A stretch of DNA of 63,287 nucleotides from Phoronis australis (lineage: Eukaryota; Animalia; Phoronida): assembly GCA_002633005.1 (NCBI GenBank), contig NMRA01000438.1, positions 199,831 through 263,117 on the forward strand, given 5' to 3'. Below the pieces are notes generated by a model. That model searched no databases, was not told where the DNA came from, and was given only the letters and a program-made list of their open reading frames with translations. Position 1 is the first letter of the stretch. Every line of letters begins with the position of its first letter. Shown one piece after another: positions 51,901-63,287 of the stretch. A program made the position numbers and the translations under genes.

Positions 51901-54900
51901 TTAGTTGTGATTGTTTTTGCGTTGCGTTATTGAAAAGCCAAAGCGTGATATATACATTTTTAGAAACGGGCATTTTTTTCTGTTCCTGTAAAATGCTTGT
52001 GGATTTTGCCGCATATGCTTCCCGTGACCTACTAATAAATCCATGTTTTTCGATGAAAGACTTTACAAATTGGTTTTAACCAGTCCTTGATCACATGCGA
52101 ATTGAGGTTTCTACACTTGGAAGCAGCCTCAGTGTCTGGACCTCAACCCTTGTGTAATAACCCTGGCCTGCAATCATAAACACAGTCAGCTCTTTATAAT
52201 CCTGGAAGTCACCTCTTATTTGAGTTCAAAACATTAGTTGAGCCCCCCCTCCCACCAAGCCAATGTCGTAACTGTAAGTTGAGCCTTGGAAAGTTGTTCT
52301 TTGTGGAATGCAGATTCATAGCATGTTTTAAAATTAAAATTTGAAATGGTGAATTATTTGCCATTCAAGTGTCCCTTTTTGCCAAGTGTGTGATAGGTCA
52401 ACGGAGGGTGTTTTTAGAAGCCTACCAAACATGCGGTGCCATACGTCCATTAAATTCTCAGCACAGTCTGTCCCACTGGATTCAGATGAACAATGTTGAA
52501 AACAATGGTGAAGTAGTAACAGTTGAAACTCACACACCAGTCCAGATTGTGCGGGAAGAATTTGGGGGTGGGGTTCCATCTGTGGTGCTCCTGTTGTTTG
52601 GCTTGTGTCTCCCCAGGGAGAATTTTATGCAGATTACGTGCTTAGAGCGTGTAACACGTGGCAAAAATGTGTAATCCGTATAAGAAATGTGTAATTCGTG
52701 TACTGAACATGTCGCCTGTAAAATCTGTCACACTAACATGGAAACCATCTAATGGTAACCATGAAAAACATGTCACACTACATGACAGGGCAGTTTTTGC
52801 AACATCTGGGGTCATCACTGAGATTACTTGTGGATGTGCAATTTGATTGGATGAGGCAGCACACCTCAAGAATCTTGCATCTGACACTTGCTGATCTGAA
52901 TTCAATGCATTTTGAGGCTCGTTTTCAATGAAATTTGTACAGTTTTATTTGTCACCAAGTTACAAGTGATGTCAATGGATGAGCTGATAAACATCCCACA
53001 ATGCATTTGAGAAGCATCAGCAGTGTCGTAGATAAAATAATCCCATGCATTGAAAAATGCGTTCTTGTACTCTTGGTAATAGTGACTGCTACTAGTTTCT
53101 TCAAGCGGACTAGGCTCATTGAATGCTATTATGTTCTTCAGGGGGACCAGGCTCATTGAATGCTATTATTTTCTTCAGGGGGACCAGGCTCGTTCAAAGG
53201 AAGGGTTGTAGATGACTTGGTCCAGGCTTATAACTTCACGTACCTCAATGCAGAAAGTCTCGTATTGGATCATCTGCCGCAGCGTTTACACCTGGCGTCC
53301 TCTACTGGCAGGATTGTGGATCTCATACAGTTTTTAAACGTCAGTATTCTGTGATCATACTACTTTTCATGATTCAGTATTACGTTCTGTATAAAACTGA
53401 TTTCAACAGATTTGAGTGGGTTGTAGACGGTAGGAACACCGGTGTTTTTTTTCCTGCATGTGTAAATTTGCATTACAACATTTTGACATGATTTCTCATT
53501 AACTGATTACTAAAAACATCATGCATGGCTTAGAAGGTCACTTGTATTAGATTTCAAATTGTGTACAGTTAAGGTAAAAATTGATCAATACATAGGTCAG
53601 AAATAAATTCAACTTGAAGTTAAGTCACCACTGTCAGTGATATTACGAACTAAATTAAACACAGTTTTATGTTGCAGTCACTGCATGCTGCTTATGGACA
53701 ATTTGCACAAAATAACTGTGCATTGACTTGTATGCTGTAGTTTTACTGTGTATTCAGCACTGTCCCTAATGCTTCACTTATTTAGCATACATTATGGCTG
53801 ACGTCCAATTCTGCATTGTTGAATTTCTCCCCAAAGGTTAAGAAGATTTTATTCAACTGCTGACATTGTTTGCAGTGTGGGTATATTGTAAAACAACATA
53901 AAAGATTCTAATTATTGCAGCAAGGTTGAAAATTAGTAATTATGCTTGTGAAAAATTGGAGGAGGCAGACTGTGGCTTAGTGCCTGGTGATAGGTAATTC
54001 CGTGTGCCCGCTTTCTTTACTCAAGGTCGTGGGTTTGCCGTCTCGCTGGGTCACACTGCTAGACCCTTGAGTCAGGTTTCTAACTCCTCATCTCGGTTTT
54101 AACTATATAATAAGGCACAAAAATGGTTCCAGGTGATCAGTGCAATGGGCCCACATGCGCGGCCTGCAATTTTTTACTCCAAGTGGACAATTGTCATAGC
54201 AAACTGTACTGAAGAATAAGCTTATTGTAAAATCGACCTTTCTCAACGGAGCGGAGCTTGCGATCGGTCAATACTTCAGGTCACGATGTGTGTGGTGATG
54301 ATATCGTCATTTGCCTTGTATTTCAGGATGATGACAGCTGCCTTTCTTTAGAGTGGCTGTTTCAAATCTTGTCGAATCGCATTGACCGCAAGCCTGGTGC
54401 ATCTTATCTGATTGACGTGGTTACTAACCTGAGGGTCTTCCTCCGCTCTAAGTCACTTAACAAAGGCCATGCCGCATGTCTTCAGAGGTTTGAAGAAAAG
54501 GTAAAAATGAGTCTTGCTCGTTTATGCAGCAGCCGTAATTGGCAGTTGCTGTCTGGAACCAACCACCTCTGAATTGTTGATTTTATTTTTTTTCCGTGTA
54601 GCAAAATTGACTTATCGCAAGCTCTACCCCTTGACAAACAAACAGTAAGTTTTACCTGACAACGTGCTGTTTGTCGGTTAAAAATGCAGGTTGGAAGCGA
54701 TGGTGTGTGAAGAATGCTGCATTCTGATTGGTCAGTTAAGCCATCCCTCAAAATCCTGGCGATAGGTCAATAGCTGTGTTGTCAACAGTGCACCCGGTTA
54801 TAACTTTCAAAAAGATAACTGAAGATGTTTATACTGCCTTATTTTTGCAGTATTACACAATGTGCATTATGTAGATGACTGTGTATATTATATACTCTGC

Positions 54901-57900
54901 TTTGAAATGAAGGTTTAAGGAATTATAGTTTTACATGTGGGCCAAAGACATGTCTTGCTTTCAGTACCCGGTACTGTTCGCCATTAACTTGGCCATTCCC
55001 AAGGACAAGGTCATTCTGAACGTAGCCAGTCATTGTGCACAGACCACTAGTGGGCACTCTGGATGCGTGGATAGGGAGAGCCAGAGCCAGAGTGATGAGG
55101 TCGACCTGTCTAAAACACAGGTGAGTTGTTAGTAATAGTCAGTTTGATTGAATGTATTAGAATTATTGTAAACAATGCTTTTGCTGTTAGCAAACAGTCA
55201 TTTAATAATCAGTTCATTAATTTTTATGAATGATTTATTTTCTCAATCTTGTTCTGTAAGTTCATTAATTTTTATGAATGATTTGTTTTCTCAATCTTGT
55301 TCTGTAGTAATTTGTGGTATATGTTTGACTGTGCTTTAAACTATCAGGTTAATGAACAGTTCTTCTCCTTTTCCTCCTCACAAAAGTAGTTGCCAAAATT
55401 GTCTTTTCTTTTTATCAAAAATCGATTATTTTAAGCAAATGATGGAAAAAATTACCAAAATCTGCTTCATGACATCTACACAGTACAATGATTCGTGCTA
55501 GTACTAGACTTAATGTTTATGATCTTTATTTTTGTGGAGAAATTTGACACAATAGTATTTCACTTGTTAGCCATATCGTGTGCTAAATAAGTGACAAATT
55601 AACGTGCTTGTTGTTACACTAAAATATATTTTTGATAACTGGGTAATGTCTTGTCTTGTGTTGCATCTTTGATACAGCATTTACATGCCATCCAATCAAA
55701 AAAGATTTAATGTCTCGATAAAAAATACATATTAGCCAAAAATGATATCATTTCTCTTTTGTTGACTAAGGATCCTAAGTAGTGTACACATTGGTTAGAG
55801 ACTTGTTGTGTGCTCTAAAAATAGATCGCAAGAACGTTCCACAATAGACTAGATTGTCATCTGATCTTAGATCCTTTTGTCTGGATTTGAAACTGTACAG
55901 GGGACATTTGTAATGTAATCCACTGTCTGAAAACAATTCATATGTAAGCGAATTCACAGCAGATATCTGCCTTTCTTATCGTCCTACCCCAAAGAAGATG
56001 ACAGATCTGCCTTCTTACTGTGACACGATTAAATAGTATTGACATAAAGTTGTAGTTTGACTGTATTTGGCCATGGTGATCTTATGTGATTGACATGAAC
56101 GTTAGCATTTTATGTGTTAATGTCAGCGTGCTAATTACTCATAAGAGGCCTTTGGGAATGTTTTTTGCGAGCAGCTGATTTGCCCTCTATGTCTGATCGT
56201 GGTATAGCTTACAAAGGTACAGTTTGCTCTAATACCAACAAAAACATTGGCCAAAACTTGTCGTTTTTCATTTTTCAAACGCTGACTGCATTGTCAAAAA
56301 TGCTCAAAATTTCATTGTGTTTTTGTTGATGATAGCCATACAGTGTAAAGTCTTCTAATAGTGAAGTTAAATTGCCTTCTTCGACTTGTGGAAAAATTAG
56401 ATTAAATTGAATTTTACTCTGTTCAAAAAAGTCTTAACAGTTCAAATGTGCTTACAGGGATTCACTATAAACAAGAAGCATTTAAGTTGGGTACTTATGT
56501 CCAAATGCGTCTAAAATTGGCGCTGAAATTACGCTGCAGACGTGGATAGGGGGAAAAAGGAGAATCTAATGACAGCGGTGAATAGTCATTGATAAAATCT
56601 GGGAAAATGTCTTCAAGGGGGTTGGAAGCGGCCCACGACTGCGGCCCTCCAGTGTCGTCCCAAAGGAGAACTTTTTAAAACCCTCCCTCATTGTGTGGAA
56701 ATGAGGCACATACTGAAATATTTAAAGGGGCTATAAACCCGACTTCCTTCACAAGCACCATTTTTGATTGGTCTCAGATTGTTCCTTTAAGTCATGATAG
56801 TTGATTTCTGGGTGCGTTAATAGTTGAGACCAGGCTCTGCAGATTGACTTGTCATGGCGTGGCCACTGTTTCCACAGCTTGGAATGTTCCTCTTGTAAGA
56901 GGATTTTCTATTTTGTATTTTTATTTCCTCTTATTTGATTTCCAGTTTCCTCTTTCCTTTCTCTTTTTATCATAATTTTGACTTTATTTATGCAAAAACA
57001 TTTATTTCAGTTAAATTTTACTACTCAAAAAATATCTCTATCATACAAACCTATCTACTTGTGGAACAATACATCATCTGGAAAATTTTCCCCTCTTTTG
57101 TCATTGGTCATTCCAAGCCGTGTGTCTCGAGGAAGAAGAAACTGCCATTTCTTTACAATGAGGGCAAAAATCAATTCTCATCTAAATAATGGGCATGTTG
57201 TGACTAATGTTTAGTTGGGTCATGCCTACAATCGTCATCGTTGCAAAGTCCCACAAGCTCAAATGCAATATGGTAGAGTTCCTTTGCAACAGCATCGCGT
57301 GTAACACTCGAGATTTAGTCTCGTGTGATCTTATGATTTTCGAGTTTCTCGAATCTTAGGAATGTGCACCTTATCAATTTCAATTTGCTGAGAGTTTAAC
57401 AGTCATTGCCAGTTGTCATCGGGAACATCTTCCAACAACAAATTTATTTTTCAAAGAACATTTCTTTTGTTGTAGTTTTTTTAAAAGAGCCAAGTCCTGG
57501 CATGGTTCATATCGGAAGCCCAAGTGACAGGCATGCTACACGTGACAATCTGTGATTGACTTTTTGCATGCATGCCAGGCATTTAGTGCCAAAAAGCCAG
57601 TATCGGGTTCACGTGACATTTTGTGGCTTTCCTTTTCGCTTCATGTGGCACATACTGAGCACCAAGGGACCAAACTCTAATCAAGGAGAAACAGAGTTCC
57701 GAAGTATTTCTAGGTTAATATTTTATGCAAAACTAAGTAACCAACATTGGCCAAATTTGCACTGCAACATTCTTGTGCATGTCAATATGTCATTGTTCCC
57801 GGACATACAAAAATGGCTACGGAGAAGACCGAGTGATGGTGATGCATATTGCCAAACTCACGAGTCGCTTTTTTAAACAGTTCACTGACAATTCAGATTC

Positions 57901-60900
57901 GTTCCTAAACAGGTACAGGTTGCGGAGAATGATGCTGCATGTATCAGAGGTACCCCTGAATGATGCTCTTAATTCACTTTGATTGCAGGGATATTTAATT
58001 AGCGTGCTGTCACTCTCAATCCGTCCAGGTATGATTGGGTGTACTGTGTGCTATTGATTTTTTTTGTTTTTCCTGTACTTCGAGAGTGCTCTGTGTAGCA
58101 GATATAGAGTGGAGTCATTAGCTGCTTTGTCAAACACCTTGTAGAGTGCTGCACATGGTGTACAGTTCCAGATGTGCCGTACATTAGATCAACTTGTGTG
58201 TTACTGTCAGGTGCGCCTAAAAAGCTTGCAATTCACACAACTCTGCTTTAAATGGGGCACCAGCTGACAGCAAACTAACTTGACTGGGACCACTTACCAG
58301 TTGTAATAACTCATTTAGGAAGCAATTTTAGGGCTTGGGAAGAGCTGAGTTTATTTTTGGTGTAGGGTGTTGGGCAACTCTTTTTACATGGAGATACCAA
58401 ACGTTAGATGACGAAATTGGCCGTAACAATTCTTTCCAAACCCAGAACCACTTCTAATCTTCACGATGACAAGAGGCTTCAATCAAAAAGTTTTATTTCA
58501 ATTTTTTATATCCTGTGTTGTGTGTGTATACCTAGAAAACATTCTAAGTTTGGCTAACTGGCTGATGAGATTAAAATAAAACTTTGAGATAACTGTTCTT
58601 TATCCACTATTCCCTGAAATATGAGGAATTTTTATGCGCCCACATATTTATCTGTGGGTGCATATTGCCATCATTTCTGTATGGGCATCCGGCGTCCGTG
58701 GCTGTACCTCCTAAACCCCTTGCAGAATCTTATTGAAATTTGGCAGTTGTATTCCTATGGGGTTGATGACAGAGGATGCCAAGTTTCGGACCGACACGAA
58801 TACCGCTGTGCCCCCTAATGGCAAGTTTAGTTTTTTACCTTTACCTCTGTATCTTGAAAGGTCCTCAACTGATTTTCATGAAATTTGGCACATAGGCATC
58901 TATTTGTGAGATGACGCTATCCTCTTGTTTTCGGATGGATTCAAGGTATTTTGCACCATCTAGTGGCCATTTTTACTGTTTTTAAGTCTTTTTTTGGTGT
59001 CGGTCCTTCCATCAGCCGAACCACATTTAAAGAGGATTGTGAAAATTGGCGCATAATTAATGTTCTCACTATGAAGAGAACGATTGACAATGATTTTCCG
59101 ACGACTTCGACTACTGTGGCACCTCCTAGTGGCAGTTTTCTTTGTTTTTGCGCCCATGGTTGTATTTCCTAAGTCCTCTGAGGAATGTTTGATAAATTTA
59201 GCAAGTGTGTTTAATGGTATATGACGTTGACAACAGAAGACAACAACTTTCAGACGGATTCGATGAACCTTTGTCCCCTAATGGCAATTTCATTTTATTT
59301 GTTTTGCTAAAGTTTCTCGATGGATTTTCGTGAAATGTGGCAAATAAGCTTTCTGTTAAAAAACGGTGACATTTTCCAGTTTTTTGATGGATTCGAAATG
59401 TTTTTCACTATCTAGTGGCCATTTTTATGATACAAATAAACACCGCTAGAAGCACACCATTTGCGTTGTATTCGTGGGCGCATTTCAACGCTCCACGTTG
59501 CTCTTGTATTACATCGTGATGCGTTTCTCCAGTTAAGGACTTTCAAAGAATATGACTTAAGAAAAAGTTCAAAGTTGTATAAATGAACATGAAATACTAA
59601 AAATTAGAAAACTCTAAGTTATTAGTGTGTTATTGGGATCGAAACAAATTTGGGGCTTTTGTCAATAGTATCTGAATGTGACCTTTTTGCTCAATTTTAC
59701 TAAAAGACATGAATAGTATGTCATTTTCAAAAAAATGTATACTTTTGCTGGCATTTTTGTAGATATAAAGAAATAGCAAAACTGGATTTGGATCAAATAG
59801 GGGAAACTGGAATTGGAAAACTAGTGAGAGTAAATTACATTTTGCTCACAAGAACGTATTGAATTTTGTAGGTGCTGTGCTCTCAGCTAGTTAACGTTCT
59901 GAAGACTAACTGTTGACAGATTTCTGTTTCATTTCACACTAATATTACTTAACACCAATCTTTCTTTTAAGAAGTCCACTCATGTCGCTCTTGTTTATTG
60001 CATAATATACATTTTCCTACAAAATTTGTGGAATTGTTTGTTGCGTTTACTCCGTAAAACTTGTGGAAAATTGCGAAAAAGGCAAGGCGTGCCTGAATGG
60101 ACCTTCATTCAACAAAAGCTGCGCTGAATAATAAGCATTCGTATTTCTAGTCTAAAAGACTGATGGATTTTCTCTGTTTCCTGCTCAGTAATCTGTTAAT
60201 AAGATTATGGACCAATTTAGGGTACAATAAGACAGACAATTTTTTTCCTTACAGATTACTAACTTCAAACAAATGCTAAATTCACGTTGTCTTTATACCC
60301 TAGATTCCACTATCAATTTTTTTCTGTTACAGTTGTGCCAGACATTCCGACTTACATCAATTGCTGGATAGTGTGTGCTGATTTTATGTAAATGCAAATC
60401 AACTCCAAACGATTAAGAACGCATAAACCACTAATAAACATGTGAGTCACACGCAGTGCTAAGAATATGCCAATACAGTTGTCTTTCCAAGACGGTGCTT
60501 TTGTGAAAAGTAAGGAGATGTTTTGCATTACACGGACGTCAGCTTGGCTTCTGATGTCCTTACCAAAGCTGCACGTAGTGGTCAAAATGTCTTGCTTAAA
60601 AGTCCGCGACATGCAGACGCTATATTGTTTAGGCAATTTTTTTTAGTTCCAGCATGCCTTATTCAGGAACTCCACATTTTTTACCTCAAACACAAAGCCT
60701 TGCCTGTTGTCAAGGTTTTGTAAAAATTCATCACCTGTGTGCAGAAAGACGACAATTTCCCAAAAATGGTGACACAATTTTTGGGACATGACTTAAGATT
60801 CTCCAGTCATCAATAATTCAGGAAATATTTATTTAAGGGTTGAAAAAAGACAGAACTTATTTGATGAAAATGTAAAAGGATTTCACAAAGCTACCGCATT

Positions 60901-61133
60901 GCACTTTAATCGCTCCTTTTCTAAAAAGCATGTTTTGTACTATTTTCAGAAACGTGCCAGTCTGTATGAATCCAATGCCAAGCCGTTCTTGGACTATTTC
61001 TCCAGTCGTCTCATCAGTGTCGATGTGTCCTGTGCTATGCCAGACAGCATCTCCTTCAAGATCTGTGATATACTGAGGGAACAGTTGATAGTCCCTATTA
61101 CGGCTCCCAAGTCAAATATACTGATCTCCTTTT
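27843..61133 (+). CDS. Adenylate kinase (AK5)-like protein with a divergent NMP-kinase domain; 3'-incomplete in this window
   Basis: Exons 27843-27999, 53179-53339, 54327-54500, 54965-55120 and 60950-61133 join in frame. The exon1/exon2 junction rebuilds an NMP-kinase P-loop region, TLIVFIFG|GPGSFKGRVVDDLVQAYNFTYLNAESL. Later exons give YLIDVVTNL and KRASLYESNAKPFLDYF..RLISVDVS, resembling the AK C-terminal R..Y....P...YF segment. No stop was reached within the window. Confidence 0.75.
28095..28260. mobile_element. Short MITE-like element (related copy at ~45064-45172)
   Basis: Inverted ends AGGCGGATCCAG ... CTGGATCTACCCCTG. Confidence 0.45.
32170..32540 (+). mobile_element. Penelope-like retroelement reverse-transcriptase fragment
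   Basis: Frameshifted motifs NDSFGFV, VSFDV..L.TNI (cf. SFDVESLFTNIP) and GVIMG/SPLTSILAEIYMINLETEAL (cf. GVAMGSPLSPILANIFM); ends at the N at 32540. Confidence 0.65.
34340..35079. mobile_element. MITE-like element with inverted termini
   Basis: TTTTACTACCTCTAGGCACA ... TGTGTCTAGGTAGTAAAAA. Confidence 0.45.
36593..40892. mobile_element. 4.3-kb non-autonomous TIR DNA transposon (Tc1/mariner-pogo-like, TA target duplication)
   Basis: Perfect 25-bp TIRs: CGGTAAAGTCGCGTGATTTTCGGAC (36593-36617) and GTCCGAAAATCACGCGACTTTACCG (40868-40892), each flanked by TA. No transposase ORF recognised. Confidence 0.85.
38769..39034. mobile_element. Small MITE nested in the 4.3-kb element
   Basis: 17-bp inverted repeat GATTTCCGTATATAAGT (38774-38790) / ACTTATATACGGAAATC (39012-39028). 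Confidence 0.55.
41723..43174. mobile_element. Possible TTAA-type (Kolobok-like) non-autonomous element
   Basis: TTAAGGTAGGTGT at the left end and ACACCTGACCTTAT at the right end; the match is short and imperfect. Confidence 0.25.
43500..44680 (-). mobile_element. 5'-truncated, frameshifted non-LTR retrotransposon (RTE-X-like LINE) 3' fragment
   Basis: Minus-strand remnants NLKKTKVVIFRNGG, WTKAIKALSSQANKA, LFNKTVYPSLCYGAEIWG and the C-terminal RCSNHSLLVERGRHTNIPYENRLC...EDEYHLVLVC motif; many stops and frameshifts. Confidence 0.8.
45918..47302. mobile_element. 1.4-kb TA-flanked TIR DNA transposon (Tc1/mariner-pogo-like) carrying a HIRAN-like ORF
   Basis: Imperfect TIRs TA|CTGTATTCGCCGTAATAACCGCCC and GGGCTGTTATTACGTGAATACGG|TA, with repeated subterminal (A)TAAGCGCC motifs near 45950, 45986, 47241 and 47270. 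Confidence 0.75.
46046..46339 (-). pseudogene. Decayed stand-alone HIRAN-domain ORF
   Basis: IHGFHVYKKIWIP.ESG..LQC.NPVDKY..SVLK.Q.IG..KIS......LRHGGSLKC..T..YRHS....GLQI...MIFSG follows, from recall, the invertebrate HIRAN pattern (RGYHVYK.IW.P..GE.L.C..E..N..D.YAV.V......VGH.P..IS......FL..GG.I.C..TG.R......GLEIPC...F.G). It has small deletions and no ATG. Confidence 0.7.
48299..48682. repeat. Minisatellite of mixed 18-bp and 16-bp units
   Basis: TGTCTCCCATGTAAATGT interleaved with TGTCTCCCATGTATGC, about 22 units. Confidence 0.95.
53179..53339 (+). CDS. AK-like coding exon 2
   Basis: ttcttcag|GG GGA CCA GGC TCG TTC AAA GGA; the phase-1 start matches exon 1. Confidence 0.82.
53961..54170 (+). 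mobile_element. tRNA-derived SINE copy (same family as 25548-25760)
   Basis: Clear colinear similarity to 25548-25760. Confidence 0.6.
54327..54500 (+). CDS. AK-like coding exon 3
   Basis: DDDSCLSLEWLFQILSNRIDRKPGASYLIDVVTNLRVF...FEEK, phase 0-0. Confidence 0.82.
54965..55120 (+). CDS. AK-like coding exon 4
   Basis: YPVLFAINLAIPKDKV...QSDEVDLSKTQ|gtgagt. Confidence 0.82.
55212..55306. repeat. Tandem duplication of ~47-48 bp
   Basis: GTTCATTAATTTTTATGAATGATTT(A/G)TTTTCTCAATCTTGTTCTGTA present twice. Confidence 0.85.
58631..59507 (-). mobile_element. Third, shorter copy of the same HINE-like family
   Basis: Reverse-complement termini TTTATGCGCCCACATATTTATCTGTGGGTGCA (hairpin) and GTGGGCGCATTTCAACGCTCCACGTTGCTCTTGT, with about five monomers between them. 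Confidence 0.8.
60950..61133 (+). CDS. AK-like coding exon 5
   Basis: KRASLYESNAKPFLDYFSSRLISVDVSC...; ttttcag acceptor, gtaagt donor. Confidence 0.82.
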
Positions 61134-63287
61134 GTAAGTCGTTATTCGTTATTTGTGTTGCTCAGAGAAGATTAATTAGTTGGTAGTTGATTCATTGTTA
61201 ATGCTTTTTGTTGTTGGTATTACTGAACACACACAAAAATTGGCCTTTCGTGGATATGGTTGGGCTCAAACTTACAGTCAAGAAGCCTTATTCGAAATAA
61301 GTGGACAAATTATTTTGCCAAATAAATGTACAAATTAAATCAGATGGGAGAGCATAATAAGGAGTTTAATTTTTGTACCTAACTGGTGTTTGTACATTTA
61401 AATGAGTGATACAACCGTTTGTTCGCACTAATTATAATCCAATTACAATTAACTTTTAAAATTTGTTTAATTGTTCAGTTTTGAGATAGTTAGAACCATC
61501 AGTAGAAAGATTTTACTTTCTCGACCAACAAATTATATTGTTCACCTCCTATGAGGTTTCTGTATCATTTTAATTACTAGACTCTATTATGCATCTCCAA
61601 AAGACCATCAAAACACTTTGCTGACACTACTTTGGTGTTTGCAGTCCGGGTTCCACTGGGTTTTTGAAATGCCAGAGTCTAATTTCCGGTACCTGAAGAA
61701 ATTCTCACGTCACTTAAATCTACGTTACTTGGTTGACTTTTTGCGATGTAAATTGATGTAACAATGCATGACCTGTGTCAAGTGGTACACTTTAAAGCAT
61801 GCAAGTTCAGTACTGCATTAGTAGAAACCAAGTGACCTCAACGAGGTCCAAGTTAATTCATTTGCGTGTCACGCCATGATTTGGTGTTGGTGGATGGAAG
61901 TTATCAATACTAATAGCCAAAAAACCCATGTTGGTTGCCTCACAGGTGGCGCTAGCTCAAGATTGCCAAAACACATGTTATTGGATGGATGTTGCTGAAA
62001 AGATTATGATGAACAATGCTAAGCATTTTTGGAATTTGCTCATTGGTACAATCAAAATTCGCTACTTAGTGTCTGAAATTCTGACATTCAGTTTCCAAGA
62101 TATTTCAATTTACTCTCTACTGTTTTAAGAAAAACAAATGCTCAAAATTTAAAACTTGCAGTGGGATTGTGCTTTGACTATAGTTACGCACAATGTAATT
62201 GCTCAAATATTTTGCCTGTCTCGCGGACTGGTGGTAATAGCATATCTGGTTTGACTTAAACAAGTCCAATAAAATGACGGCATTTACCAATAATTGCAAA
62301 CACTGGTTGGTGCGTGGGCACACATGACGTGCCATTTTCAGGATTGCTTTTCTCAATTGACTAAATGTTAGCATAATCAGATTTTAAATGTTGTGTTACT
62401 AATGTGGTATATTCCCTGTTTACCAGTCTGAGAATGCCTTAAATAGATTCATTCACTTTTCATGAACAGTGAAATATCACGTAAATATTTTTATACGAAG
62501 ACGCATCAGCCAAGTGCACATGCATTAGTAATAAAAAAAATTAAGTTTTAATTAGAAAAGATACAGATCATATCTTGTAATCCTTAGCTAACGACCACAG
62601 CAGGCCAAGGTCTATGCCGGGGTATAATCTTTACATTTGAAATTAAACTCAGTTGTTTTGCAAATCTTCTATTTTACTTTTGTGCGAGCTCAAAATAAGT
62701 CACGGTGTCACAATTTTTCTGTGGTCGAGTAAATAATTGCTATGTGGATAATTGTCTAATCTTAGTTACTTTGCTTTTGGTGACCCCAGCATGAAGTAGG
62801 GGTCATCAATGACGAAATTGGTCGAGAAATTCCTAGTATGCAGAAACCATAACATACTCGAGCGTAGACTAAACACTTGTCTTGAGTTTGAACGAAAGTA
62901 GAACGGAAAATTCCAAAAATAACTTTGAGTTTGATTTCAAGACTCTGGCCCTTGTGTTGACAGACTTCACTACACTGCGCCATGGTGTCGTTTAGAATTT
63001 TGTTGTTGAAGCTATGTAGCAATGAGCTATGAACGCAATAACTAGAGATGAAGGATGACCCTTGGATCACCCAGTACTTTAATCATAAAAACCAAGGGCT
63101 GTTACAGCCTTTAATATTTACTGATCAGAAAATGCAGTGCATATTCATTATGTATTAGTTTTTAATTTGGAAATTTTTAATGTTTTTCCACTTAGTCTGC
63201 TATGAGAGAAAGTACCTCAAAACTACACCAACTTTCCAATAGCACGGTAGAACTCAGATGTGTCATACACAATAGTGCTGAGAGAGC

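Noticed and set aside
63196-63287. Possible next exon of the AK-like gene after the acceptor-like TTTTTCCACTTAG
   Set aside because: The required phase-1 frame reaches TAG after ~15 codons with no AK-like similarity, so it is not supportable.

Overview
AT-rich eukaryotic (intron-containing) genomic DNA, most consistent with a marine invertebrate such as a mollusc or other lophotrochozoan; this is inferred from the repeat types, not proven. Three protein-coding genes were assembled by hand from GT-AG splice sites. (1) DNAAF1/LRRC50 (+, 11 coding exons, 1263-7605, ~672 aa). (2) V-ATPase subunit C, ATP6V1C (-, 11 coding exons, 26023-11861, ~386 aa), convergent with DNAAF1. (3) An adenylate-kinase (AK5)-like gene (+), head-to-head with ATP6V1C, starting MGNGC at 27843; a ~25-kb first intron splits its P-loop, and it runs off the window after 61133. 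The introns are full of mobile DNA: three Helentron-type non-autonomous (HINE/pearl-like) elements carrying ~150-bp satellite monomers, a 4.3-kb TA-flanked TIR element with no transposase, a 1.4-kb TA-flanked TIR element carrying a decayed HIRAN-domain ORF, an RTE-X-like LINE fragment, a Penelope-like RT fragment, tRNA-derived SINEs, several MITEs and minisatellites. Most short ORFs in the supplied track are spurious. No prokaryotic-type system (CRISPR, operon) is present.
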